This document shows positions 51,411-59,584 of a DNA stretch of 64,000 nt, one piece after another; the stretch's first letter is position 1, and each line of letters opens with the position of its first letter. The stretch is from positions 98,418 through 162,417 of the forward strand of contig CAKVAX010000003.1 in assembly GCA_934725425.1 (NCBI GenBank), written 5' to 3'. The stretch comes from an uncultured Eubacteriales bacterium. Lineage in GTDB: Bacteria; Bacillota; Clostridia; Oscillospirales; Acutalibacteraceae. Both the position numbers and the translations under genes were made by a program. Below the pieces are notes generated by a model that saw only the letters and a list, made by a program, of their open reading frames with translations, did no database searches and was not told the DNA's origin.

Positions 51411-52147
51411 ATTTGTTCACCTCTGTCCATGTCCATTCCGAATGTTTGACGCACCGCGATGCTGTTTGGTAAATCTTTTGCTTTTCCTGTTTCTTTAACG
51501 TCGTGGTCTATAAGAGCATAGTTCGTAGCGTATTTTACAACGTGCCCAAGGTCATGAGAAACCAAAATAACCGGCATGTGATAATCTTCGCGTAAAGAGC
51601 TTATCACGCTGTAAAATTGACTGATACCTTTTCTGTCAACTGCCGAAACAGGCTCGTCCAAAAGTAAAATATCAGGCATTGGCTCAAGAGCAAACGCCAG
51701 AAGGATTCTCTGCAATTCTCCTCCGGATAATTTGCCGATAGATTTTGATATTAAATTTTTTGCCCCTACTTTTTCCAAAATAGCTTCCGCTTTTTTTATT
51801 TTGCTTTTGCTGTGTCCGATCCAAACCGGCAAATTTGATGAATTTGCACAGAATAAATCCGAGACAGTTATAGGAGTATTACGGTCAAAACTTAGTCTTT
51901 GAGGTACATACCCGATTTTTGGATTTGAAATTTTATTTCCTTTTGAATCAAAAAAATCAATTTTCCCTCTAAAATCCATGCTGTGAAGTATAGCTTTTAA
52001 GAGAGTGGTTTTTCCCGCGCCGTTTTTGCCTATCAAAGCTAAAGTTTCCCCGTGGTTAGCGGTTAAAGTCACATTATTAAGTATGATATGTCCACTTTTT
52101 TTAACTTGTAGATTTTTTATTTTAACACTGCAATGACAATTATTCAT
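51401..52147 (-). CDS. metal ABC transporter ATP-binding protein (ZnuC-like)
   Basis: Walker A GKNGAGKTT, signature LSGGELQR, Walker B LLLDEP. Confidence 0.9.
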   Translation of the reverse strand: MNNCHCSVKIKNLQVKKSGHIILNNVTLTANHGETLALIGKNGAGKTTLLKAILHSMDFRGKIDFFDSKGNKISNPKIGYVPQRLSFDRNTPITVSDLFCANSSNLPVWIGHSKSKIKKAEAILEKVGAKNLISKSIGKLSGGELQRILLAFALEPMPDILLLDEPVSAVDRKGISQFYSVISSLREDYHMPVILVSHDLGHVVKYATNYALIDHDVKETGKAKDLPNSIAVRQTFGMDMDRGEQIWK

Positions 52148-52171
52148 TATTATTCATAGTCCTTTTTTATT

Positions 52172-53074
52172 TTAATTTAAGGCTTCTTTCAGGGTTTCTG
52201 CGTTTTTATTCATTATTTCTATGTACGCGTCTTTTGAATTTTCCCCGGTTACTGCGGGGTCTAATGTATAGATTTTTGCGCCGGTTTCTTTAGAAATCGT
52301 TTCCGCAGCTGTGCTTTTATATTGAGGCTCGATGAACAAACTGTTTATGTTGTTTTCTTTCATAACATTTATAGTCTTTGAAATTTGCTTTGCACTGGGT
52401 TCGCTTTCAGGGTCATGATTGATAACATCAGGAATATTAAGCCCAAATTCATTGGCAAAATAAGGAAAGGCTTCGTGAAAAGTTATTATACTTTTTCCAC
52501 GCACATTTTTCAGTTTTAAAGTAATGTCATTCTTTAAATTTTTCAGCTTTGAAACATATTCTTCGCAATTCTTCTTGTATTGTTCTTCATTTTCCGGGTC
52601 GGATTCTATCAGACCTTCGGCAATGTTTTCGGTTTGCTTTATGTAATTATCGATTGACATCCAAATGTGTGGATTATACTCGTGTTCATGAGAATGATGA
52701 TGGTGGTGATGGTGGCAATTATTCTCCAAAAGCTCAATATTTTTGCTTGAATCTATAATTTTAATTTTTGGAATTTCATCTGTAACTTTTTTTAAGAAAT
52801 TTTCCATTCCTGCACCATTTATTATGAACGCAGAAGATTTTTCTATATTTTTTAAATCCTCAGATTGAATTTGGAAATCGTGCAAGCATCCTTGATGGTT
52901 TTCGGACATATGTATGACTTCAGTTCCTTCGATTCCGTCAATCAAGTTAAGTGCGATTATGTAAACCGGGTAACAAGAAGCCACATATCTTGTTTGCTTA
53001 GCAAAATTTTTTCGACATCCTGATGCGAAAATACATACGAATAAAGCAGATATAATTGAAATTATTTTCTTCAT
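52172..53074 (-). CDS. metal ABC transporter substrate-binding lipoprotein (ZnuA-like, His-rich loop)
   Basis: Lipobox-like FASGC and a cluster A-I SBP pattern. The HHHHHHHSHEHE loop is typical of zinc-specific ZnuA proteins. Confidence 0.88.
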   Translation of the reverse strand: MKKIISIISALFVCIFASGCRKNFAKQTRYVASCYPVYIIALNLIDGIEGTEVIHMSENHQGCLHDFQIQSEDLKNIEKSSAFIINGAGMENFLKKVTDEIPKIKIIDSSKNIELLENNCHHHHHHHSHEHEYNPHIWMSIDNYIKQTENIAEGLIESDPENEEQYKKNCEEYVSKLKNLKNDITLKLKNVRGKSIITFHEAFPYFANEFGLNIPDVINHDPESEPSAKQISKTINVMKENNINSLFIEPQYKSTAAETISKETGAKIYTLDPAVTGENSKDAYIEIMNKNAETLKEALN

Positions 53075-53105
53075 TTTTTAAACCTCTGAATTTTTATTTT
53101 TTATT

Positions 53106-53124
53106 TACAATCCTAAATATTGTA
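53106..53124 (-). promoter_or_regulatory. candidate metalloregulator operator overlapping the znu promoter -10
   Basis: Inverted repeat TACAAT-N7-ATTGTA. In minus sense the first arm is an extended -10 (TGgTACAAT), with TTCAAA 17 nt upstream. It does not match the Bacillus Zur-box sequence I remember. Confidence 0.3.
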
Positions 53125-53131
53125 CCATAAA

Positions 53132-53530
53132 TTAATCTGAGTTTGAATTATCTTGTACTGTGATATTATCTTTAATTTTTTCAAACATTTTATCTCCGAT
53201 TCCTTTTACATTTTTTAATTCATGTATAGTTTTAAATCCGCCATAATGGTTTCGGTACGAAATAATTCTTTGAGCAATCGCCGGACCTACGCCTGTTAAA
53301 TTTTCTGATAAAGTATTTTCGTCAGCAGTATTAATATTTACTTTTTCTACTTGAGTGCTTTCGTAAGAATCGGAAGGTGATTTTATGGTTTGTCCGGTAA
53401 CAGAAACAGAAATAGGAGGAATTTTAGGCACGAAAACCGCATTGTAACACAAAATCACAGCAGCCATGGCAATCGCTGTTGAAATTAATATTCTAATTGT
53501 AAGTCTTTCGGGGTTATTATTATTTTCCAT
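53132..53530 (-). CDS. comEA: ComEA-family helix-hairpin-helix DNA-binding protein
   Basis: An N-terminal membrane anchor and a C-terminal (HhH)2 domain: VNINTADENTLSENLTGVGPAIAQRIISYR...FKTIHELKNVKGIGDKMFEKI. Confidence 0.8.
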   Translation of the reverse strand: MENNNNPERLTIRILISTAIAMAAVILCYNAVFVPKIPPISVSVTGQTIKSPSDSYESTQVEKVNINTADENTLSENLTGVGPAIAQRIISYRNHYGGFKTIHELKNVKGIGDKMFEKIKDNITVQDNSNSD

Positions 53531-53590
53531 AATTCTCCATTTTGATTATTTAAGTTTAATAATATGATATCACATAGACCCGATTTAATC

Positions 53591-53619
53591 AAAAAAACCG
53601 AAAGATAATTCTTTCGGTT
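53591..53619 (-). terminator. intrinsic terminator after spoIVA
   Basis: Minus-sense aaccgaaag-aattat-ctttcggtt followed by T7. Confidence 0.8.
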
Positions 53620-53628
53620 AAAAATAAA

Positions 53629-55107
53629 TTATATCATTATGCAAATAAGTCCGTTGCAACCTTCATTTATTATTCTTTCGATAGTTTCTTTAATTTTGTC
53701 GCGTGCATCAGAGGGCATGCGGTATAGTTTGTTATGAAGCCCTTCGTTCACCAATTCATGTAAAGATTTTCCAAATATATTTGATTCCCATATCTTTGAG
53801 GGGCTTTCTTCAAATTCTTTAAGAAGATACATAACCAATTCTTCGGATTGTTGTTCGGAGCCCACTATAGGAGTGACTTCGGTTGTGATATTTGTTTTTA
53901 ACATGTGTACCGATGGGGCAGAGGCTCGTAAACGTATTCCGTATTTTCCGTTTTGTTTTATTATTTCGGGTTCATCTAAGTGCAATTCTTCCATGGATGG
54001 CATTACAATTCCATATCCCGAATCATTTACTTCATCATATGCGGTTGCAATTTTTTCGTATTTTTCTTTTAATCTTGCAAGGTCCATCATCGAATCCATA
54101 AGGTCACATTCATCTTTTATTTCTATTCCTGTTTTTTCTCCCATTATTTTGAAAAATAATGTGGGGTCCAAAGTAATTGTTATTCGTGCTGTTCCTTTTC
54201 CGAGGTCTATTGAAGAAATCTCCGAATGAGTAACATATTCACAGTTTTTTAAACTCTCGATTAAATGCTGAATTTCATTTATTTTTGAAATATCTTTAGC
54301 GGAATTGTTTATGCATGTGTATACAGAACTCCTGAGCCAGTTGCTTTTTTCCAAAGAGTTAAGCCAGCCCGGCATATCTATTTTGATTTCTTTTACAGGG
54401 AATTCAAAAAGTAGTTCCGCAAGTATTCTTTTGATTTCGTCTTCATTTAAAGTTGTACAATTCACAGGAATAACCGGTGTTGAATATTTTTCAGAAAGTT
54501 TAGATGCCAACTTTTTGGTTTCGTCCGAATAAGGATTTGTACTGTTCAGTAGCACTATGAACGGCTTATTTATTTCTTTTAGTTCAGAAATTACGCGTTC
54601 TTCCGCTTCTTGATATTCATCTCTTTCGATATCGCTTATAGAACCGTCTGTCGTTATGACAAGCCCGATTGTGGAATGGTCGGTTATAACTTTTTTGGTT
54701 CCTATTTCAGCAGCCATATTGAAAGGTATATCTTCTTCGAACCAAGGCGTTTTTACCATTCTGGGGTGGTCATCTTCTATATATCCCAGTGAGCTCGGTA
54801 CTATATATCCTACGCAGTCTATCATTCTGGCATTGAATTTAGCGTTCCCGCCTATATTGACTTGAGCTGCGTCCTCCGGTATAAATTTCGGCTCTGTGGT
54901 CATTATGGTTTTGCCTCCCGCTGATTGAGGCAGTTCGTCTATTGCTCGTTCTTTCTGGCTTTCTTCTATTATGTTTGGAATTACCAGGGTATCCATAAAT
55001 TTCTTTATAAATGTGGATTTTCCTGTTCTTACCGGCCCTACTACTCCAATGTAAATATCTCCGTTTGTTCTTTGTGATATGTCTTTGTAAATATTACGTT
55101 CTTCCAC
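53629..55107 (-). CDS. spoIVA: stage IV sporulation protein A (GTG start)
   Basis: 492 aa. The N-terminus is EERNIYKDISQRTNGDIYIGVVGPVRTGKSTFIKKFMD, with the Walker A typical of SpoIVA. SD gggagg is present. Confidence 0.93.
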   Translation of the reverse strand: MEERNIYKDISQRTNGDIYIGVVGPVRTGKSTFIKKFMDTLVIPNIIEESQKERAIDELPQSAGGKTIMTTEPKFIPEDAAQVNIGGNAKFNARMIDCVGYIVPSSLGYIEDDHPRMVKTPWFEEDIPFNMAAEIGTKKVITDHSTIGLVITTDGSISDIERDEYQEAEERVISELKEINKPFIVLLNSTNPYSDETKKLASKLSEKYSTPVIPVNCTTLNEDEIKRILAELLFEFPVKEIKIDMPGWLNSLEKSNWLRSSVYTCINNSAKDISKINEIQHLIESLKNCEYVTHSEISSIDLGKGTARITITLDPTLFFKIMGEKTGIEIKDECDLMDSMMDLARLKEKYEKIATAYDEVNDSGYGIVMPSMEELHLDEPEIIKQNGKYGIRLRASAPSVHMLKTNITTEVTPIVGSEQQSEELVMYLLKEFEESPSKIWESNIFGKSLHELVNEGLHNKLYRMPSDARDKIKETIERIINEGCNGLICIMI

Positions 55108-55167
55108 TTTTTTTCCTCCCGAAATATGAGATTAGATTTTGTATTTATTTATTATTAAAAATTTATA

Positions 55168-56709
55168 TTATTTCATTGGAATCAAAAGCATGCTACCGGT
55201 AGGAACTTTATCTTCCGAAATATCATTTTCTCTTTTTATTGCATTTACTGAGGTGTAATATTTTCTTGCAATATCCCATAACGACTCTCCGGCAGAGGCA
55301 TAATAAATGGTTAGGGATGCGCTGGTGTCTTTGTCTCCCGGAATAGTTTCATCTGATTGTGCGGATGTAACCATATTATGTTTTTCGTTTGAATAAATTG
55401 CTCCTTGAATCGAAAGATTCGCTTTTATGTCCAGTTTATTTCCCTCCGAAACATTATATCCTATGGAAATGGGGGAGATATTGATTTCTGAAACCGAATT
55501 TTCAAAATTTTCAGAAGAATCGATATTATGATTGAAGTCGAGTATTCTCTCAATATAAAATGGTGTGCTGTTTTCATCTAAAGCTATAAAGCATATATTC
55601 ATTTTGATGTTTATTGCAGGTTTTCCGTCATTTGAAATTGTTTTCGCTGAGTAATTGTCACTCCACAAGTCTATTATTTTTGAAATATTGGTTCCGGGCA
55701 AATCTATGGAATCTTTATGTGCTATATTATCTTTTATAATCTCGGATAATTTACTTAAAGTAATAGTTTTGTTTTCGGTTTCCAAATTGTAATCAGTAGA
55801 ATAAACATCCGAAACAATTTCGGCTTCTTTTTCGTTATAAGCCGTTACGGTTATAGCAATTTTTATATCTGTAGATATTAAATTTGAATCTTTTGAGCTT
55901 TCATTTTGGAGCGTTTCTTCATGGCTCAGTATTTCTGCGTTTATTACGTATTTAGAATCGTCATCAATACCGGGAACATCTACTATTTGGCTTATTGGAA
56001 TTGAATATTCTGTGTTTTCAAGTTTTCCGCTTTCGATATCGCTTATATAAAGTATTTTTAAGGTTATTTCACCTTTAGCAACTATTTTGTTGGGCATTAC
56101 TTTGTAATCGTTTATAACGGCTGATATTTCTGATTTTATAATTGCTTCGGGTGAAGGTTTGTTCTCTCCCGGTTCCAATGTTTCGTTTATTGAGAATTGC
56201 TGTTGGCCCATACTGGTTAAGTTGCTGGAATTTATTTTTTCTATTTTTTGTTCAATGTCTTTCCCGGATACCGATGAAATGATATTCATAGAATTCTTAC
56301 TGTAAATTTTTGCGCATATTGTGAATGCACCATGAATATCTATCTTCCTCGGGCTTACTGCACGGCAATTTATGTATTCTGTTCTTGCAAAAGTTAATGC
56401 TACCGCATTTTCCGGGCTGCATTTTATATCTATGGAGCAAGAAAAAGGCGAAGAATTCTCACAGCATCTTATATTCATATTGTCTGCGTCAAGGTAAATT
56501 AATCTGATATTTGCGCTTCCTTCAATGTTTAATCTGTCACCCGATATATTTCTGGTGGTTATGTTTGGACATACTTGACATTTAAGAATTCTTTGTATGT
56601 CAGGGCAATAATCAGGCAGGGAAAAATCTAAATCGATGGGTATTTCTTGGCAACCTTCAAAATCTAGCACTCTAACAGGTATGCTCTCTTTGCTTACGTC
56701 ATAATTCAT
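55168..56709 (-). CDS. SipL-like spore morphogenetic protein (SPOCS/DUF3794 repeats plus C-terminal LysM)
   Basis: Start moved to ATG 56709 (SD aaggagagg). The C-terminal LysM is TIYYASAGESLWDIARKYYTSVNAIKRENDI...GSMLLIP. Size and architecture resemble C. difficile SipL. It lies directly upstream of spoIVA. Confidence 0.65.
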   Translation of the reverse strand: MNYDVSKESIPVRVLDFEGCQEIPIDLDFSLPDYCPDIQRILKCQVCPNITTRNISGDRLNIEGSANIRLIYLDADNMNIRCCENSSPFSCSIDIKCSPENAVALTFARTEYINCRAVSPRKIDIHGAFTICAKIYSKNSMNIISSVSGKDIEQKIEKINSSNLTSMGQQQFSINETLEPGENKPSPEAIIKSEISAVINDYKVMPNKIVAKGEITLKILYISDIESGKLENTEYSIPISQIVDVPGIDDDSKYVINAEILSHEETLQNESSKDSNLISTDIKIAITVTAYNEKEAEIVSDVYSTDYNLETENKTITLSKLSEIIKDNIAHKDSIDLPGTNISKIIDLWSDNYSAKTISNDGKPAINIKMNICFIALDENSTPFYIERILDFNHNIDSSENFENSVSEINISPISIGYNVSEGNKLDIKANLSIQGAIYSNEKHNMVTSAQSDETIPGDKDTSASLTIYYASAGESLWDIARKYYTSVNAIKRENDISEDKVPTGSMLLIPMK

Positions 56710-56785
56710 TTTGAACCTCTCCTTGTTTGAAATAATAATCAATTTTATTCAGGAATTATAATTTTTATTACTTATAGAAATGCTT

Positions 56786-57544
56786 TTAGCTATTTAAGAT
56801 TTGCTTTCCTTGGGAATCCATTTTGTAATTTTCTTTATAAATTATTTCTGAAATCGGCACGATTTGATATCCTTCTTCTTTTATTACATCTATAATTTTA
56901 GGAAGAGCTTCGGGTGTGTTCTTTGCTCCGTTATGCATAAGTATGATAGAACCCGGTTTTATCTTGCTTTTAATCCTTTTTACCATGTCGTCAGGAGTGG
57001 GGTCTTTCCAGTCCAAACTATCAACGTCCCATTGAATGCAATGCATGTTCAATTCGTTTGTGGTTTCGACCACACAGTTGTTATAATCTCCGTAGGGTGG
57101 TCTGAAAAGTATCGGTCTAGGTGCGCCTGCTGCTTCTATTTTTTTGTTGCAATCCTCAATTTGAGCTCTTACTTTTTCTTTTTCAAGTTTAGGTAAATGC
57201 GGATGCGTATCCGAGTGATTGCCTACATCGTGCCCCGCAGCAGATATTGCCTTGACTGATTCAGGATATTTTTCAGCCCAAAATCCTACTAAGAAAAAGG
57301 TGCTTTTTACTCCTTTCTGAGCCAAAATATCAAGTAAAGTTTGTGTTTGTTCATTTCCCCAGGCAGCGTCAAAAGAAATGCTTACAACTTTGTCTTTTTT
57401 GTCTACGCAATAAATCGGCAATTTACGTTCTGCAGCTTTGAATACGTTGGTGCTTTGAAGTGAAAATACAGCTGAAAGAACAGCCGTTATAACACTTCCT
57501 ACAATAATCATTAATTTTTTTCGGTTTATTAAAAAAACTTTCAT
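56786..57544 (-). CDS. polysaccharide deacetylase (NodB homology; PdaA/PdaB-like)
   Basis: Signal anchor plus NodB motifs: SFDAAWGNE, VGNHSDTHP, LFRPPYG and LMH. Confidence 0.88.
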   Translation of the reverse strand: MKVFLINRKKLMIIVGSVITAVLSAVFSLQSTNVFKAAERKLPIYCVDKKDKVVSISFDAAWGNEQTQTLLDILAQKGVKSTFFLVGFWAEKYPESVKAISAAGHDVGNHSDTHPHLPKLEKEKVRAQIEDCNKKIEAAGAPRPILFRPPYGDYNNCVVETTNELNMHCIQWDVDSLDWKDPTPDDMVKRIKSKIKPGSIILMHNGAKNTPEALPKIIDVIKEEGYQIVPISEIIYKENYKMDSQGKQILNS

Positions 57545-57624
57545 ATTCTCATTCCTCCTCGATAGAAAAATATATGCACCGTCAGAGGAATATAGACATA
57601 AAAGTTTATATTTAAAATTACAAA

Positions 57625-57651
57625 TAAAAAAGCCGCCTTTTCGGCAGCTTT
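57625..57651 (-). terminator. intrinsic terminator after P3
   Basis: Minus-sense aaagctgccg-aaaa-ggcggcttt (one mismatch), followed by TTTTT. Confidence 0.65.
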
Positions 57652-57679
57652 AATGTTATTTTTAGTTATTTATCAATTA

Positions 57680-57922
57680 TTACATATGGATTAAATCGTT
57701 ATCTTTTTTTAATTTATTCGTATCATGTTTAACGCTCATTCCTATCGCCAGAGCGGAAATTCCCGTGAGTGCAGTGGTTGCCAGTAAAATTTCTTTTACA
57801 TTATTTTTTCCAAATTTAATTACTTTGCCCGTAGCATCTTTAATATCTTGCTTATTCAATCCTCCTGCAATTTCTTCGAGTTGATTATCGGTCAGATTTA
57901 ATTCTCCTTGTTTTTCTTCCAT
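57680..57922 (-). CDS. class-II-bacteriocin-like precursor: 21-aa double-glycine leader plus 59-aa cationic core with one TM helix (P3)
   Basis: Start moved to ATG 57922. The leader is MEEKQGELNLTDNQLEEIAGG. The core is LNKQDIKDATGKVIKFGKNNVKEILLATTALTGISALAIGMSVKHDTNKLKKDNDLIHM. It has its own promoter and terminator. Confidence 0.6.
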   Translation of the reverse strand: MEEKQGELNLTDNQLEEIAGGLNKQDIKDATGKVIKFGKNNVKEILLATTALTGISALAIGMSVKHDTNKLKKDNDLIHM

Positions 57923-58011
57923 TTTAAACACATCCTTTTTTATAAAATGATTTTTATATCCGTAACTAATTATATCATGTTTTTATAACAATTAATTAAG
58001 TTTCGCAAAAT

Positions 58012-58040
58012 ATTATATGATTTTTATGATGTTTTAACAA
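58012..58040 (-). promoter_or_regulatory. sigma-A-type promoter for P3
   Basis: Minus-sense TTGTTA (58040-58035), 17 nt, TATAAT (58017-58012). A second extended -10 (TGaTATAAT) lies nearer the gene, around 57969-57977. Confidence 0.4.
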
Positions 58041-58048
58041 AAAGATAC

Positions 58049-58080
58049 AAAAGCCACCGAAATCATATCGGTGGCTTTTT
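58049..58080. terminator. terminator after scfB
   Basis: Stem aaagccaccga (58049-58060 region) / tcggtggcttt (58068-78) with T/A runs on both sides. It separates scfB from P3. Confidence 0.75.
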
Positions 58081-58100
58081 AAAGTTTATCTGTTAAGTTT

Positions 58101-59459
58101 TTATGTCAAAGCGTATAAAGAAATTGCGCATTCAATTTTTTTCTTTTGCATTTCACAAGCTACATCAAAGGGCTTCATAATATCGTGATTGTGAGTGTAA
58201 TTTTTTACAGCACATCCTCCGCTACAGTAAAATTTGGCCCAGCAGTTTCTGCATTTTTCTTTGTGGTAAATACTTGTGTGTAAAAATTTCTTTTTGATAC
58301 TTTCATCAAATGTGCCTTCATTTAGGTTGCCCATTTTAAACTCATTGTTTCCTACCATTTGATGGCACGCAAAAATGTCCCCGTTTGGAGTTATCGCAAC
58401 ATAATCATTACCGCATCCGCAGCCTTTTAGTCTTTTTACTACACACGGACCTTTTTCTATGTCAATATTGAAATTGAAAAAGTTTATATTTTTTCCCGCA
58501 TTTTTCATGCTTATCAATTTTTTGCAAAGTTTTTCTTCTTCCTTAAGGATTTCAGGTAAATCTTCTCTCGAAAGTGTGTATTTAAAAGTATTATCGCACA
58601 GAACCGGCTCCATTGATATTTCTGTAAATCCCAGATCATATATGTGCATTACATCGTCTATAAAGTTTAGATTTTCTTTGGTATATGTTCCTCTTACGTA
58701 ATATTTTTTTCCGTTTCTTTTCGAAATTAACTCTTTGAATTTCGGAACAATTAAGTCGTAACTTCCGTTTCCACTCCTTGTTACTCTGAATCGATCATTT
58801 GTTTCCTTTTTTCCGTCAAGTGATAAAACCACGTCGTAAATTTCTTTATTAATGAAGTCTATTTTTTCATCATCGAGCAAAATCCCGTTTGTTGTCAAAG
58901 TGAATCTAAAATTTTTATTGTATTTTTTTTCTAAGCTTCGGGCATATTTTACTGTTTCGGTTACGACTTTCCAATTCATTAAAGGTTCGCCGCCAAAAAA
59001 GTCCATTTCTAAATTTTTTATTTTACCTGATTTTTCGATTAAAAAATCCACAGCCTTTTTAGCTGTTTCAAGAGGCATAAGTTCCTTTTTACCGCATCCG
59101 AAATCTCCTGTAGAAGCAAAACAGTATTTGCACGCAAGATTGCAGTCATGAGCAATATTTAAGCAAATTGCTTTTACCGGAGAAGATAATTTTTCTTCAG
59201 TTGCCAAATTTTCATAGGTGTCTTTTGAAAAAAGTTTTTCGTCATTATAAAGAGAAATTATCTCTTTATAAGTCTCTTTTATTTCTTCGGCAGGGTATTT
59301 ATTTTCCAATTTTTTTATAAGATAATTCTCGGTATAATCGAAAAAATTACCATCCAAGTAGGATAACATATCATAAAAAATATCATCTACCACATGCACG
59401 GCTCCGCTGTTACTGTCGATTACAAAATTAGTATTTTCAAATTTAAATTTATGTACCAT
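58101..59459 (-). CDS. scfB: radical SAM/SPASM thioether-forming SCIFF peptide maturase
   Basis: 452 aa with the radical-SAM motif CNLACKYC and a C-terminal Cys-rich SPASM region (CVVKRLKGCGCG...ACHQ...CRNCWAKFYCSGGC). It lies directly downstream of a SCIFF precursor. Confidence 0.9.
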   Translation of the reverse strand: MVHKFKFENTNFVIDSNSGAVHVVDDIFYDMLSYLDGNFFDYTENYLIKKLENKYPAEEIKETYKEIISLYNDEKLFSKDTYENLATEEKLSSPVKAICLNIAHDCNLACKYCFASTGDFGCGKKELMPLETAKKAVDFLIEKSGKIKNLEMDFFGGEPLMNWKVVTETVKYARSLEKKYNKNFRFTLTTNGILLDDEKIDFINKEIYDVVLSLDGKKETNDRFRVTRSGNGSYDLIVPKFKELISKRNGKKYYVRGTYTKENLNFIDDVMHIYDLGFTEISMEPVLCDNTFKYTLSREDLPEILKEEEKLCKKLISMKNAGKNINFFNFNIDIEKGPCVVKRLKGCGCGNDYVAITPNGDIFACHQMVGNNEFKMGNLNEGTFDESIKKKFLHTSIYHKEKCRNCWAKFYCSGGCAVKNYTHNHDIMKPFDVACEMQKKKIECAISLYALT

Positions 59460-59527
59460 ATAAAACCAAAGATTCTTCCTTGATTTTTTCCCTTCCTTTC
59501 AAATTAATTTTATTAACAAAATTAAAT

Positions 59528-59547
59528 CTTTTGGCATATGCCAAAAG
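59528..59547 (-). terminator. perfect 20-bp palindrome between scfA and scfB (candidate attenuating terminator)
   Basis: cttttggcat|atgccaaaag. In minus sense it is followed by the T-rich atttaatttt. Confidence 0.5.
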
Positions 59548-59584
59548 ACTTAAAAATAACTGTTAAATTTTTTAAAATTTAATA

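Noticed and set aside
52682-52717. A run of seven His codons, considered as a possible cloning-tag artefact.
   Set aside because: It lies in the position of the natural His-rich metal-acquisition loop of ZnuA-type binding proteins and is followed by SHEHE. The codons are mixed CAT/CAC, as expected for native sequence.
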